Shown here: positions 39,261 through 50,953 of the stretch, piece after piece
Layout of the letters: every line of letters begins with the position of its first letter
Position numbering within the stretch: position 1 is the first letter of the stretch
Origin: an uncultured bacterium
GTDB lineage: Bacteria; Pseudomonadota; Alphaproteobacteria; SMXQ01
Direction of reading: 5' to 3'
Length of the DNA stretch: 64,000 bases
Assembly (NCBI GenBank): GCA_965369885.1
Contig: CBDUSV010000001.1
Coordinates: 603 to 64,602, forward strand
Notes under the pieces: generated by a model
Database searches by the model: none
What the model was told of the DNA's origin: nothing
What the model saw: the letters and a program-made list of their open reading frames with translations, nothing else
Program-made: the position numbers and the translations under genes

Positions 39261-39850
39261 CAGCCTTGCCCCACCTCATCACCCGGGCCGACATCATGGA
39301 TATGGAGGCCTACGTCAAGGTCCGCGATGGGCGGCGTGCGCGCATCATCGAGATCAAACGCTTACGCCGTGTCGCCGTCGGGCCTTTCGCCACGTTCTTT
39401 TTTGAGAGTTTCGACACCATGTGGCATCAGATCCACGAGATGCTCTATGTTGAGAAGGGTGGTGAGGACCAGATCGAAGGCGAGCTCGAGGCCTACAACC
39501 CGCTGATCCCCAAGGGCCGCGAGCTGGTGGCGACATTGATGTTCGAGATCGCCGATCCGGAACACCGCCTGCGCGCCCTGGCCGGGCTCGGCGGTGTCGA
39601 GCACACGGTCAGCATTAGCATCGATGGTGTGGAGATTGCCGCCCAACCCGAAACCGACTTGGAACGCACCACCGCCGAAGGCAAAACCTCGGCGGTCCAT
39701 TTCCTGCGCTTTGCCCTATCGCCGGACGCGGCCGATAAATTCAAAACCCCGGATGCGCGGGTGGTGTTGGCCATCGGTCACGGGAACTATGCCCACATGG
39801 CGGTGTTGCCGGAACAAGTTCGCGCCGCGCTCGCCACCGACCTCGACTAA
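39257..39850 (+). CDS. DUF3501 family protein
   Basis: The 197-aa gene overlaps the Fe-S protein stop by 4 nt. This family is typically found next to CCG-domain Fe-S proteins and rubrerythrin. Confidence 0.5.
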   Translation: MTALPHLITRADIMDMEAYVKVRDGRRARIIEIKRLRRVAVGPFATFFFESFDTMWHQIHEMLYVEKGGEDQIEGELEAYNPLIPKGRELVATLMFEIADPEHRLRALAGLGGVEHTVSISIDGVEIAAQPETDLERTTAEGKTSAVHFLRFALSPDAADKFKTPDARVVLAIGHGNYAHMAVLPEQVRAALATDLD

Positions 39851-39859
39851 AGCAGTCGG

Positions 39860-40474
39860 TCATTTCTTGGCGCCGTCGGCCGCCCGCGCGCCCCAGAATT
39901 CCCCCTTGCGCAGCCAGCCGCTATGTCCCGCGGCTTGGATTTCGCACCAGCTTTTCTCGCACCGCAACAGCTCGGCGACCACGCCGGGTTCGAGCCGCGC
40001 CACGGTTTTGGCACCGGCGGCGGGTTCGCTGTGCAATAAGCGCACCAGCCCGGTCACCAGCACGGTGCGCCGGCCCGATAGCATGGAGCGGTGGACCCAA
40101 CCGACGGTTCCCTGCCAGTCGCGCACTTTGCGCCAGGTGTCGAATTCGGCCACGATCTCGATGGGGAAGCTGCGGCGTTTGAACACCCATTCGACGGGAT
40201 AGCGCACCCCGGGGCCGGTGCGCACATTGACCTCGGCCGCGCGCAGGGAGGCAAAACGCGGCAAGGGCCGGCCCGAGCGTGTGCCCTCAGGCTTGGCCAG
40301 GGGGGGCTTGGCGGCGGGCCTTGGCGGGGGCTTGGCGGTTTCGGATTGGGCACTCTCGGCCACCGCCCCTGCCGCCCCTGCCGTCGCCAATGCCCCGACG
40401 GTCATGACCGCCAGGCCCGCCCCGGCCAAAAAGACCATCGGCGCCATCCGCCATGGAGCCCGGTCAGACAACAA
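39860..40474 (-). CDS. Bacterial SH3-domain protein, secreted/membrane-anchored
   Basis: The protein has an N-terminal hydrophobic segment, a Pro/Ala-rich linker and an SH3b-like C-terminus (…VNVRTGPGVRYPVEWVF…). Confidence 0.5.
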   Translation of the reverse strand: MLSDRAPWRMAPMVFLAGAGLAVMTVGALATAGAAGAVAESAQSETAKPPPRPAAKPPLAKPEGTRSGRPLPRFASLRAAEVNVRTGPGVRYPVEWVFKRRSFPIEIVAEFDTWRKVRDWQGTVGWVHRSMLSGRRTVLVTGLVRLLHSEPAAGAKTVARLEPGVVAELLRCEKSWCEIQAAGHSGWLRKGEFWGARAADGAKK

Positions 40475-40940
40475 TCATGGCCCCGTGTTTGGATGCGTCG
40501 GCGAGAAAACTGACGATACCGCCCTCGGCATAGGTGATGTCGCCGCGCAGATCCGCCACCGTTAAGTCCATGGCGCGCAGACCCATCTCGCAGACCATGA
40601 ACTTGACCTCGAAGCCGATGCAGGCGTCTAGCAACTCATCGAAGTTGGCGATGCCGCGGGATGCAAAGTGGCGGTCGGCCGCGGCGGCGGTTGCGCCACC
40701 GTCGGCGATGGCTTCGGTCACCGGGGCATCGTGCCAGCCCGGGGTGCTCCCGTCAGCGGCCTTGGCGAGGGCGCGGATCGCCGCCATGGTGAAGAACAGG
40801 GTCACCGGCCGGTTCACCGCGGCTGCTGCCGCGGCCATGGCCAGGGCGTAATGGACGCGGTGATAGTCACCGGAAAACACCACGACGGAAAGCTTGTCCG
40901 GGCTCGCCTGGCCCCCGGCGCCGTCTTGCTCAGCCGCCAT
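40464..40940 (-). CDS. DsrE/DsrF-like (YrkE/TusD-like) putative sulfur-relay protein
   Basis: The protein has a DsrE-fold and a candidate active Cys in the FMVCEMG motif. The internal ATG at 40940 was chosen; it overlaps the moeB stop by 11 nt, suggesting translational coupling. Confidence 0.5.
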   Translation of the reverse strand: MAAEQDGAGGQASPDKLSVVVFSGDYHRVHYALAMAAAAAAVNRPVTLFFTMAAIRALAKAADGSTPGWHDAPVTEAIADGGATAAAADRHFASRGIANFDELLDACIGFEVKFMVCEMGLRAMDLTVADLRGDITYAEGGIVSFLADASKHGAMIVV

Positions 40941-41733
40941 GTTGGGAAAGATCCTTGATTGTCGGGGCCTCTCCGCACAGCGGACAGGCGGGGTCGGGCC
41001 TGAGCCGCACCTTGCGGAAGGTCGTGCCCAGCGCATCGTAGATCAACAGCGATCCCGAAAGGCTGTCGCCGATGCCAAGCAGTTCCTTGAGCACCTCGGT
41101 GGCCTGCACCGAGCCCACCGCGCCGGCGACGGCGCCCAGCACCCCACCCTCGGCGCAGGTCGCAATCAGGCCCGGCGGCGGCGGTTCGGGGAACATGCAG
41201 CGGTAACAGGGATGGTCCCCGCCGAGGTGGGCCTTGAAGGTCGAAACCTGTCCCTCGAAGCGCAACAGCGCCGCCGCCACCAGGGTCTTTTTGGCCAGAT
41301 AGCAGGCGTCATTGACCAAAAAGCGGGTTTCGAAATTGTCGCTGCCGTCGGCGATGACATCGTAATTCTCTAACAACTCAAAGGCGTTTCCGGCGTCAAT
41401 GCGGGTCTGGTGGGTGACCAGGCGGATCTCGGGATCGATCGCTTCGATGGCCTGGCGCGCGCTTTCGACCTTGGCGGTGCCGATGCGTTCGGTGGCGTGG
41501 ATGATCTGGCGCTGGAGATTCGAGAGATCGACCACATCGTCGTCGACAATGCCAAGGGTGCCGACACCGGCGGCGGCAAGATACAACAACAAAGGCGAGC
41601 CCAGCCCGCCGGCGCCGATCACCAGGACGCGGGAGCGCAAAAGCTTAGCCTGGCCCTCACCGCCGACCTCGGAGAGGATGATATGGCGGGCATAGCGCTC
41701 GATCTGATCGGGGCGAAATTCCATGGCGTTCAC
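40930..41733 (-). CDS. moeB: Molybdopterin-synthase adenylyltransferase MoeB (ThiF/MoeB/HesA family)
   Basis: The protein has a Rossmann motif (VLVIGAGGLGSP), paired CxxC zinc motifs (PCYRC … CPLCG) and no rhodanese domain. The start is a GTG. Confidence 0.75.
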   Translation of the reverse strand: MNAMEFRPDQIERYARHIILSEVGGEGQAKLLRSRVLVIGAGGLGSPLLLYLAAAGVGTLGIVDDDVVDLSNLQRQIIHATERIGTAKVESARQAIEAIDPEIRLVTHQTRIDAGNAFELLENYDVIADGSDNFETRFLVNDACYLAKKTLVAAALLRFEGQVSTFKAHLGGDHPCYRCMFPEPPPPGLIATCAEGGVLGAVAGAVGSVQATEVLKELLGIGDSLSGSLLIYDALGTTFRKVRLRPDPACPLCGEAPTIKDLSQHGG

Positions 41734-41742
41734 GTCGCGCGG

Positions 41743-42750
<1,008 letters not shown>

Positions 42751-42786
42751 ACTGTCCCCGTTGGTGCCGCCATGTCTGGCGCTACC

Positions 42787-43233
42787 CTAAATCGTGAAGT
42801 CCAAACGCTTGTGTGCGTCACTTTCGATATTCTCTTGATTGGCTTTCAGACACAGATCTTCAATCGACACCTGATCCAGCTCTTTGAGAAATTTTTCCTG
42901 CATGTCTTGCCACATCGGTTCCATCACCCGGCTGCCCATTTCCGATGCCGGGGCCGAGCCGTCTTCTTCATCGAGACCGGAAATCACCCGGGTGATATCG
43001 CCGACGGTGATGCGGCGGCGCTCCCGCGCCAGGATGTAGCCGCCGCGCGGCCCGCGCACCCCGGTCAGCACTCCGGCGCGGACCAATTGCTGCAGGACCT
43101 GTTCGAGATAGCGCTGGGGGATGTTCTGGCGCCGGGTGATATCGCGGCTTTGCACCGGCTGGCCGCCGGCATTGAAGGCGATGTCGACGACGGCTTCGAC
43201 GGCGAAAAACAGCTTGTTGGAAAGATTGAGCAT
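42787..43233 (-). CDS. Rrf2 family transcriptional regulator (CymR/IscR-like)
   Basis: The protein has an Rrf2 HTH (MLNLSNKLFFAVEAVVDIA…). The internal ATG was chosen and lies 5 nt after the dut stop. Confidence 0.7.
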   Translation of the reverse strand: MLNLSNKLFFAVEAVVDIAFNAGGQPVQSRDITRRQNIPQRYLEQVLQQLVRAGVLTGVRGPRGGYILARERRRITVGDITRVISGLDEEDGSAPASEMGSRVMEPMWQDMQEKFLKELDQVSIEDLCLKANQENIESDAHKRLDFTI

Positions 43234-43238
43234 GGGTG

Positions 43239-43712
43239 TTACATCCCGCCGGTGCCGGTGCCGGTGGAGCCGAAGCCGCCGCTGCCGCGCGCGGTCTCCG
43301 GCAATTCGCCAACCTTCTGCCATTGCACCCGGCTCACCGGGGCGATCACCATTTGCGCGATGCGCAGCCCGCGGCTGACGGTGAAGGGCGCGTCCCCGAG
43401 ATTGGCCAGGATGACGGCGATCTCGCCGCGGTAATCGGCGTCGATGGTGCCCGGTGAGTTGAGGACGGTGACGCCGGATTTTGCCGCCAGGCCGGAGCGG
43501 GGCCGAACCTGGGCCTCGAAACCCGACGGCAGGGCGATGGCGACGCCGGTGGGGATCATGGCGCGCGCCCCGGCCTCGATGATGACGTCGCCCGCCACCG
43601 CCGCCAGCAAATCGACCCCGGCGCTGTCTTGGGTGGCATAGGCGGGCAGCGCCAAGCCTTCGGCGTTGGCGAGCTGGCGAATGGGGACGGAAATTTCTTC
43701 AAGCGCGGGCAC
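43239..43712 (-). CDS. dut: dUTP diphosphatase
   Basis: The translation shows the five dUTPase motifs (…SAGVDL…, …RSGLA…, …[10 protein letters not shown]…). Confidence 0.9.
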   Translation of the reverse strand: MPALEEISVPIRQLANAEGLALPAYATQDSAGVDLLAAVAGDVIIEAGARAMIPTGVAIALPSGFEAQVRPRSGLAAKSGVTVLNSPGTIDADYRGEIAVILANLGDAPFTVSRGLRIAQMVIAPVSRVQWQKVGELPETARGSGGFGSTGTGTGGM

Positions 43713-43713
43713 G

Positions 43714-44955
43714 TTACTGCTTTTGCGCCAATGTGGCCGAGATCTGGCGCACCAGCCGGTCGGCGACGGCGTCCTTGGTCATTTTGGGCCAGCTTTCGGC
43801 CTTATCACCGGTGATCAGATGGACAACATTATGGTCGCCGCCAAAGGTGCCGGCGGCTTCCGAGACGTCATTGGCGACGATCCAGTCGCAACCCTTGATG
43901 CCCAGTTTGGCGCGGCCATTGGCGATGACGTCCTCGGTCTCGGCGGCGAAGCCGACCACAAGGCGCGCCCGGCGGTTGCCCGGCTCGGAAAGCCGCGCCA
44001 GGATATCGGGGTTTTCCACCAACTCGAGGGTGGCCGGCGTGGATTTGCCGCGCCGGGTCTTCTTGATCTTGCGGGCTTCGGTGTGTTTGGGGCGCCAGTC
44101 CGAAACCGCCGCCGCGCACACCGCGACATCGGCGGGCAGCGCCTTCTCACAGGCCGCCAGCATGTCGGCGGCGGTAACCACATGCACGGTTTCGACGCCC
44201 AAGGGGTCGGGCTGGCTGACCGGTCCCGAGACCAAGGTGGTGTCTGCGCCCAGGCGGTGCAGCGCCCGGGCGATGGCATGGCCCTGTTTGCCCGATGACC
44301 GGTTGGCGATGAAGCGCACCGGATCGATGGCTTCATGGGTGGGGCCGGACGTGACCAGGGCGCGGCGGCCCTTCAACGGCGTCTTGCCGGGGGCGGTGTC
44401 TTTGAAATAGTCCCCGATCGCGGCCAGGATGTCTTCGACCTCGGCCATGCGGCCCTCGCCGGTCTCGCCGCAGGCCAGATCGCCGGTGGCGGGGCCGATG
44501 CGCATCACGCCCAGGGTCTCCAGGGTCTCTAAGTTGCGCCGCGTCGCCCCATGGTTCCACATGGCCTGGTTCATCGCCGGCGCCACCAGCACCGGGCTGT
44601 CGGCCGCCAACAGCGCCGTGGTGGCCAGGTCCGAGGCCAGGCCCATGGCCATCTTGGCGAGGAAATCTGCGGTCGCCGGCGCCACCACCACCAGATCGGC
44701 TTCCCGCGCAAGGCGGATATGGCCCATCTCGCTTTCATCGGTGAGCGAGAACAGCTCGGAATAGACCTTTTGCTCGGAGAGCGCCGAAACCGACAAGGGC
44801 GTGACGAATTCGGCCCCGGCCTTGGTCAGGATGACCCGCACCTGGCAGCCTTGGTCGCGCAGGCGCCGGATCAGATCCAGGCACTTGTAGGCGGCGATGC
44901 CGCCGGTGATGATCAGCAGAATATGGCGCTTTTCCAACACGTTATGATCCAGCAT
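43714..44955 (-). CDS. coaBC: Bifunctional phosphopantothenoylcysteine decarboxylase / phosphopantothenate--cysteine ligase
   Basis: The 413-aa protein has an N-terminal flavoprotein domain and a C-terminal DFP ligase domain. Confidence 0.9.
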   Translation of the reverse strand: MLDHNVLEKRHILLIITGGIAAYKCLDLIRRLRDQGCQVRVILTKAGAEFVTPLSVSALSEQKVYSELFSLTDESEMGHIRLAREADLVVVAPATADFLAKMAMGLASDLATTALLAADSPVLVAPAMNQAMWNHGATRRNLETLETLGVMRIGPATGDLACGETGEGRMAEVEDILAAIGDYFKDTAPGKTPLKGRRALVTSGPTHEAIDPVRFIANRSSGKQGHAIARALHRLGADTTLVSGPVSQPDPLGVETVHVVTAADMLAACEKALPADVAVCAAAVSDWRPKHTEARKIKKTRRGKSTPATLELVENPDILARLSEPGNRRARLVVGFAAETEDVIANGRAKLGIKGCDWIVANDVSEAAGTFGGDHNVVHLITGDKAESWPKMTKDAVADRLVRQISATLAQKQ

Positions 44956-45067
44956 AATTTACGAATGAAATCTGTGATTAATCTAGCGGTCTACTCAAGT
45001 TTTTACAAGATCAAGTTGGAAATAATGCCCATGGATGGTTAAGGGTGCCCTAATGACCGAATGGCGC

Positions 45068-46270
45068 TTAGGCCCGGGGGTCGCGGATCGGCAGGCCGAA
45101 GCGGGCGCGGCCATAGAAGCCGGCCTGGGCATCCCAGGTGATGCCGCCCTGGGAGGCGCCGGCATGTAAATCGCGCCAGCCGCGCTGGACCTCGCTGGTG
45201 GTCTGCACACCGCGCATGCCGGACATATCGTAAAGCCGGTCCACCGCGCGCAGGCACATGAGCACCGCATAGGCGTTGTTGCGGCGCCATTGCACGCGCT
45301 GGATCAAATCCGGGGTCTCACCCCGTTCGGTCATGCCATGCGCGGTGTCGCAATCCTTCAAGGCGAGCGCCCAGGCCGCGGCGGTTTCGGCATCGGATTC
45401 GGAAAGCCTGAGATGGACGATCGATTCCTCGGCCAATTTGAGGCCGCCGACCGAGACGCGGCCCGCCAAATCCTCCTCGGTGAGTTCCTGGACCCCCCGC
45501 GCGATGCCGATCAAGGGTCCGACAAACAGGCGTGACGCGATGGCCCAGAACGGCAATTGGTACAACAGATTGTCACTGACCTCGGTTCCCGGCGACGGCC
45601 CGCCGGTGATGTCGAGCGAGCTGATCATGCGGTAATCGGGGATGAAGACCTGGTTCATTTTCAACGAGCGCGAGCCGGTCGCCGCCATGCCGGCGACGAA
45701 CCAGTCGTCGATGACCTCATAGTCGGATTTGTGCACGGCGGCGAAGCGGTGTTCCGCCGGGCCGTCGTCCGGGCGCAGGAACAGCTGCAGATTGACCCAG
45801 TCGACGAAATCAATGCCGCTGGAGAAATGCCACACCCCATCGACGATGACGCCACCGTCGGTCATGGTGATCTTGGCGCCTCGGTCCGGGTGCGCCGAGG
45901 CCGAGAGTGAATCCGGGTTGTCGGCCCACATCTCTTCCTGGGCGCGGGCTGACTTCAGGCCGTTGATCAGGCCGTGCTGGGAGACGTTGGTGAAGACCCA
46001 GGCCGAGGAGCCACAGCCGCGGCCGAGCTCGGCGGCGATGTCGATGATGGTGGTGAAATCCATTTCATAGCCGCCCCAGCGCTTGGGCATGAAGATGCGG
46101 TAGAGCCCGGCCTCGACGAATTCCCTTTGGGTCTCATCGGGCATGCGGCGGCCGGCTTCGGCGTCGGCGGCGCGTTGGCGCAAGCTTGGCACCATGTCGG
46201 CGGCGCGGCGGATCAGCTCGTCACGGCCGGGCGCCTCGGCGGGTGCGGACAAGGTCTCGGATGGCGTCAT
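45068..46270 (-). CDS. Acyl-CoA dehydrogenase-fold flavin-dependent monooxygenase (HsaA/DszC/SfnB-like, group D)
   Basis: The 400-aa protein has an ACAD-like architecture. The call rests on family-level similarity only. Confidence 0.5.
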   Translation of the reverse strand: MTPSETLSAPAEAPGRDELIRRAADMVPSLRQRAADAEAGRRMPDETQREFVEAGLYRIFMPKRWGGYEMDFTTIIDIAAELGRGCGSSAWVFTNVSQHGLINGLKSARAQEEMWADNPDSLSASAHPDRGAKITMTDGGVIVDGVWHFSSGIDFVDWVNLQLFLRPDDGPAEHRFAAVHKSDYEVIDDWFVAGMAATGSRSLKMNQVFIPDYRMISSLDITGGPSPGTEVSDNLLYQLPFWAIASRLFVGPLIGIARGVQELTEEDLAGRVSVGGLKLAEESIVHLRLSESDAETAAAWALALKDCDTAHGMTERGETPDLIQRVQWRRNNAYAVLMCLRAVDRLYDMSGMRGVQTTSEVQRGWRDLHAGASQGGITWDAQAGFYGRARFGLPIRDPRA

Positions 46271-46454
46271 GGTTCGCGTGATCCCCCCGGATTTGTGGTC
46301 CCCGCTCTATCCCCAGGCGGGGTACTGGCGCCAATGGTGGCATTTCCCGGGGGCCAAAGCAACGCGTTGGCATATTGGGGGAAATCACATGGCAAGCTGT
46401 TCCGGATCACGCGTTTGCGGCTATAATTTCGCGACAGCCAGACGGAGATGAGCC

Positions 46455-46844
46455 ATGACATTCACAGCGATCGAGATCATTGCCATCATTCTCATAGGCG
46501 TTTCCATCATCAAGCTTGCCGTAATTGCCGTCTCTCCCGGTGCCTGGATCGGATTCGCCCGGAGAATCTATCTAAAGCCATGTGTAACCTCCGCCGTCGC
46601 CTTGGTGCTTGCGGCGGTGGTGTTGTACTTCCTGGTCGCCTCCGGGATGACGATTGTCCAGATTCTCGCCGTGTGGGTTTTCGTGGCGTTGATCATGGTC
46701 GTCGGCTTCGCCAATTATGCCGGTGACATCCTCGATTGGGCCTCGGGACGTGACATCAAGACCTGGATCGCGGAGCAATGGCTGCTCATGGTGATCTGGA
46801 TCGGCCTGCTGGTCTGGGGACTTCAGGCGATATTCTTTTCCTGA
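46455..46844 (+). CDS. Small integral membrane protein (about 4 TM helices), unknown function
   Basis: The 129-aa protein is strongly hydrophobic. It overlaps the 3' end of the convergent monooxygenase gene by 22 nt. Confidence 0.4.
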   Translation: MTFTAIEIIAIILIGVSIIKLAVIAVSPGAWIGFARRIYLKPCVTSAVALVLAAVVLYFLVASGMTIVQILAVWVFVALIMVVGFANYAGDILDWASGRDIKTWIAEQWLLMVIWIGLLVWGLQAIFFS

Positions 46845-48514
46845 TCGGCGTTGGCCTTTGCCACCGGCGCCGCGCCGCGAACCCGGTCGATGACCGCCAG
46901 GCAATCCGCCGGCATGGTGTCACCACGCCAGGCGACATGGCCGTCGGGCCGCACCAGCACCAACCTGCGCTCATAAAGCTCGGTCAGTTCCGCCAAGTCG
47001 AAAGCATGGACCACGAGGGGGAGGCCACGGGCACCCGCCGCCTCGACAAGCCCATCGGCCTCGGGCGCGTCCGGGCCTAGACGCAACAGCACGAAGCCCT
47101 GGCCATAGAGGTCAAGCACCGATTTGCCCTTCGCGATCGGGGCATGGGGCGCCCGCGCGCCGGGATAGGTTGTTGGGTTGTAGACCCGGAAATCAACTTC
47201 CGGCGCCGGCGTCCCATCAGCAACGCAAACCGGGGAATTCTCATAGATATGGCCGATCTGGGCCCCTTCGGTCCGCCGATACATGACCTTTTCGATGCTC
47301 TTTGTGGTTTTCCTACGGGCTTTCTCGCCGGCGGGGGAATCCTCATCAATGTGGGGGCCCGGCTTGACCGCGCCAGGCTTCGATGCGGTCGAGGTGATGC
47401 GGTTGAACCCGACGGCGGCGGTTTGGATGTTGCGCTCACCGATGGGGCGGCGGTCGGCCTCATAGGAATCCAACAGGGCCGGGCCGCCCCAACCATCAAG
47501 CATGGCCCGGAGCTTCCAGGCCAGATCGACGGCATCGGCGAGCCCGGTATTCATGCCCAGATTGCCCTGAGGCGACAATTGGCGCGCCGAATCGCCACAC
47601 AGAAAAATCCGCCCGTCCCGATAGCGATCGGCGATCAACATGCGCTGGCAGTGGGGCAGCACGTAAATGATTTCATATTCGAAGTCCCGCCCCATGACCC
47701 GGTGGAGGCATTCATCCGCATCGATCCGTTCCCAAGCCTCGGGGTCGTTGGTCCCGCGCACCGCCAAGCGCCACAGGTCCCGCCCGTTAATGGCATAAAT
47801 CGACGTCCACAGGCCTTCCGGCCCAACTGCCCAATAGGACCGCGCCGGGCCTTTGTCGTGAAGCTTGGGCAGCTCTTCGGAGCGGAACAGGATGGACGTG
47901 GAATAGCTGATGGAGGGAATGCCATTGAGCTCGATGCCGATAGCCTTGCGGATCGAACTCACCGCACCCTCGCAGGAGACGACATAATGCGCCCGGACCT
48001 CTTCGGTCTTGCCGGTCTTAAGGTCTCTCAGTATCGCGGTCACGCCATCCCTATCCTGGGCAACGTGGTCGCACCGCACCTCATAGCGCATGGTGATCTC
48101 AGGCGTGGTCTCCACCAATCTTTGCATGATGGGATTGAAAACAGTGCTGGGACAAAGCTGGTACTTCTCCGCCACGCCACGGGGCGGCACGGTCTCACTC
48201 AGCGGCGGATATTCCTGGCAGGCAAGGAGATAACCGGTGAATGACGTGAAATAGACTTCGTTTCTCGGGTGGTCCTTGGGGTAGCCCTTTTCCCGCACCT
48301 CATCGATGATGCCCCAACGGCGGCAGAACTCCATGGTCCGCATGCCGACGCCCATGACCTTAATTATTTCTTGGGCACCGTCCGTTTGTTCCACCACAAG
48401 GGACCTTATCCCCTGCAGGCCGAGTTCGACGGCCAGTGCGAGCCCGACGGGCCCGCCGCCGACGATCAACACCGGAATGATGTCACGATTTTCCTTGGAA
48501 GCATCCGTCCCCAT
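46823..48514 (-). CDS. FAD-dependent aromatic-ring monooxygenase (PheA/TfdB class, FAD_binding_3)
   Basis: The protein has a GxGxxG motif (VGGGPVGLALAVELG), a DG and GD motif (…LCGDSARQ…) and a C-terminal thioredoxin-like dimerisation region. It lies 57 bp downstream of ubiB on the same strand. Confidence 0.65.
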   Translation of the reverse strand: MGTDASKENRDIIPVLIVGGGPVGLALAVELGLQGIRSLVVEQTDGAQEIIKVMGVGMRTMEFCRRWGIIDEVREKGYPKDHPRNEVYFTSFTGYLLACQEYPPLSETVPPRGVAEKYQLCPSTVFNPIMQRLVETTPEITMRYEVRCDHVAQDRDGVTAILRDLKTGKTEEVRAHYVVSCEGAVSSIRKAIGIELNGIPSISYSTSILFRSEELPKLHDKGPARSYWAVGPEGLWTSIYAINGRDLWRLAVRGTNDPEAWERIDADECLHRVMGRDFEYEIIYVLPHCQRMLIADRYRDGRIFLCGDSARQLSPQGNLGMNTGLADAVDLAWKLRAMLDGWGGPALLDSYEADRRPIGERNIQTAAVGFNRITSTASKPGAVKPGPHIDEDSPAGEKARRKTTKSIEKVMYRRTEGAQIGHIYENSPVCVADGTPAPEVDFRVYNPTTYPGARAPHAPIAKGKSVLDLYGQGFVLLRLGPDAPEADGLVEAAGARGLPLVVHAFDLAELTELYERRLVLVRPDGHVAWRGDTMPADCLAVIDRVRGAAPVAKANADQEKNIA

Positions 48515-48571
48515 GATGTCCCTTTTTTTGCGGAACGATTTGCATTTTCGGCAAATGCGGGATCAACGACT

Positions 48572-50122
48572 TCACAATAAAACCACCAAGATGGTGGCGA
48601 GCACCGCCAGGATCAGCCACAGCGCCACGCCGCGGTGGCGGGGGTTGCCGTCTTGGGTCAGGCCGCGCACCGAATCCGGGTGCAGCCTGAGCCCGCCCTC
48701 GGACACCATCTCGGCGGTGCGTTCGACGCCTCTGATCAGGTGCGGCAGCCGTTCGATGCCCGATGCGACCTCCTTGGCGGTGTTGCGCAATATGGCCTCG
48801 GCGCCGAGATTGACTTCGATCCAGTCCGCGATCAAGGGCCGGGACATTTCCCACATATTGACGTCCGCATCGAGCATGCGGCCGATGCCTTCGGCCACCA
48901 TCATGGTCTTTTGCAGCAACAAGAGCTGGGGCTGGGTTTCCATCTCGAAGGACTCGGTGACGGAAAACATCTGGGCCAGTAGCCGGGCGATGGAAATCTC
49001 ATTCAAGGGCTTGCCGATGATCGGCGCCCCGATCGAGCGGCAGGCCTGCATGAATTCGTCGCGGGATTGGCTGGCGGGGACGTAGCCGGCGCGGAAATGG
49101 ATGTCGGAAACCCGGCGGTAATCGCCTTCAAGGAAGCCCATCAGCATTTCGCCGAGATAACGCCGGGTGGTGGCGTCAATCCGCCCCATGATGCCGAAAT
49201 CGACCGCGTGGATGGAGCCATCGGCGGCCACGAACAGGTTGCCGGGATGAAGATCGGCATGGAAGAAACCGTCGCGGAAAATCTGATGGAAGATGGCCCG
49301 GGACGCGGTCTCGACCAGGGCACGGGGATTGTGCCCGGCCTTGATCAGGTCGTCGCGCTGGTCGATCGGGATGCCCTCGACGCGGGCAAGGGTCAGGACC
49401 CGCTTGGCGGTGCGCTGCCAGTCGATCTCCGGCACATTGAAACTGTCGTCATCGGCGAAGTTTTCGGCGAGTTCCACCGCCGCCGCGGCCTCCAGGCGCA
49501 AATCCATCTCGGTTTTCACCACCCGGGCGAAGGTGCGCACCACCTCGACCGGTTTCAGGCGGTGGAGCGAGGGCTGGCTGTTCTCCACGGTCTCCGCCAG
49601 CCACAGAAACAGGTCCAGATCCCGGGCAAAGGCGTCTTCGATGCCGGGCCTGAGCACCTTGACGGCGACTTCACGGCCGTCGGTGGTCACCGCGAAATGA
49701 ACCTGGGCGATCGACGCCGCCGCCACCGGCTGGTCGTCGAATTGCGAGAACAACTCATCGATCGGGCTTGAGATCTCGTCCTCGATGGTGCGCCTGGCCT
49801 CGGCGGTTGCGAATGGCGGCAGGTCGTCTTGAAGTTGCGACAGATCGGCCGCCATCTCGTCGCCGATAAGATCGGCGCGGGTGGCGAGGGACTGGCCGAA
49901 TTTTATGAAACTCGGGCCGAGCTCCTGGAACGCCAGGGAAAGCCGTTGGCCCGGCCTTAGGTTCTCTGTGCGCTTGCGCTTGGCGAGGCGCACCACCAGC
50001 CTTGCGGTGGCGGTGACGGCACTGCCGTCGGTGAGGGCTTCGAGGGGAAACAGGGCGTCATGGCGCGCCAGGGTGCGGACGATGCCCAAAAGCCGGGCGA
50101 CGCTGCGGACAGCACGTAGCAT
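48572..50122 (-). CDS. ubiB: Ubiquinone biosynthesis regulatory kinase-like protein UbiB (ABC1 family)
   Basis: The 516-aa protein has the ABC1 atypical kinase motifs (…ASIAQVH…, …[11 protein letters not shown]…). Confidence 0.9.
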   Translation of the reverse strand: MLRAVRSVARLLGIVRTLARHDALFPLEALTDGSAVTATARLVVRLAKRKRTENLRPGQRLSLAFQELGPSFIKFGQSLATRADLIGDEMAADLSQLQDDLPPFATAEARRTIEDEISSPIDELFSQFDDQPVAAASIAQVHFAVTTDGREVAVKVLRPGIEDAFARDLDLFLWLAETVENSQPSLHRLKPVEVVRTFARVVKTEMDLRLEAAAAVELAENFADDDSFNVPEIDWQRTAKRVLTLARVEGIPIDQRDDLIKAGHNPRALVETASRAIFHQIFRDGFFHADLHPGNLFVAADGSIHAVDFGIMGRIDATTRRYLGEMLMGFLEGDYRRVSDIHFRAGYVPASQSRDEFMQACRSIGAPIIGKPLNEISIARLLAQMFSVTESFEMETQPQLLLLQKTMMVAEGIGRMLDADVNMWEMSRPLIADWIEVNLGAEAILRNTAKEVASGIERLPHLIRGVERTAEMVSEGGLRLHPDSVRGLTQDGNPRHRGVALWLILAVLATILVVLL

Positions 50123-50125
50123 GTT

Positions 50126-50905
50126 TCAGATCCGCCAGGCCGAGTGCAGGGCGGCGATGCCGCCGGTGAGGTTGCGGTAGCTGACGCGCTCCAGCCCGGC
50201 GGCCTCGATCATGGCGGCAAATTCGTCCTGGGGCGGAAAGCCGCGGATGCTCTCGACCAGATAGCGGTAGGCATCGCCGTCGCCGGTGACGATCTCGCCG
50301 AGCCGTGGCAGCACGGCAAAGGAATAGCGGTCATACAGCTCACCCAGCAGCGGCACCGCGACGCGGGAGAATTCCAGGCACAGGAACCGTCCGCCGGGCT
50401 TGAGCACGCGCCGGGCTTCGCCCAGCGCCACATCCATGTGGCTGACATTGCGCAGGCCGAAGGCGACGGTATAGGCATCGACGCTACAATCCGGCAGCGG
50501 CAGGGATTCGGCATCGGCGGTGACGAAACGGCAATGGGCGCCGAGGCCGCGGGCCTTGGCGCGCACGCGCCCGACCTCGAGCATCTTGGCGTTGACGTCC
50601 AGCACCGTGACGCTGCCGCCCCGGGCGCTGTTGGCCTCGGCGCCGCCGACCCGGTCGATGACGCGAAAGGCGATGTCGCCGGTGCCGCCGGCGATATCGG
50701 CGAGATTTATCCCCGGCCGTGGCACCAGCCAGTCGATCATCGCCGCCTTCCACAAACGGTGGATGCCGCCGCTCATCAAATCGTTCATCAGATCGTAGCG
50801 CCCGGCGACGGCGTCGAAAACAGCGCGCACCCGGCGTGCCCGGGAGTCCATGGGGGAATCTGGGGGGGAATCCTGGGGATGATCCGTGCTGTGACCGGTT
50901 TCCAT
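50126..50905 (-). CDS. ubiE: Ubiquinone/menaquinone C-methyltransferase UbiE
   Basis: The protein has the SAM-MTase motif (…[12 protein letters not shown]…) and the UbiE signature. The start was taken at the internal ATG of a long track ORF. It is divergent from mutM. Confidence 0.85.
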   Translation of the reverse strand: METGHSTDHPQDSPPDSPMDSRARRVRAVFDAVAGRYDLMNDLMSGGIHRLWKAAMIDWLVPRPGINLADIAGGTGDIAFRVIDRVGGAEANSARGGSVTVLDVNAKMLEVGRVRAKARGLGAHCRFVTADAESLPLPDCSVDAYTVAFGLRNVSHMDVALGEARRVLKPGGRFLCLEFSRVAVPLLGELYDRYSFAVLPRLGEIVTGDGDAYRYLVESIRGFPPQDEFAAMIEAAGLERVSYRNLTGGIAALHSAWRI

Positions 50906-50953
50906 GGCGCAAACATAGCCCACGGGGCCGGTTTCCGCTACTTTACGGGCGTC

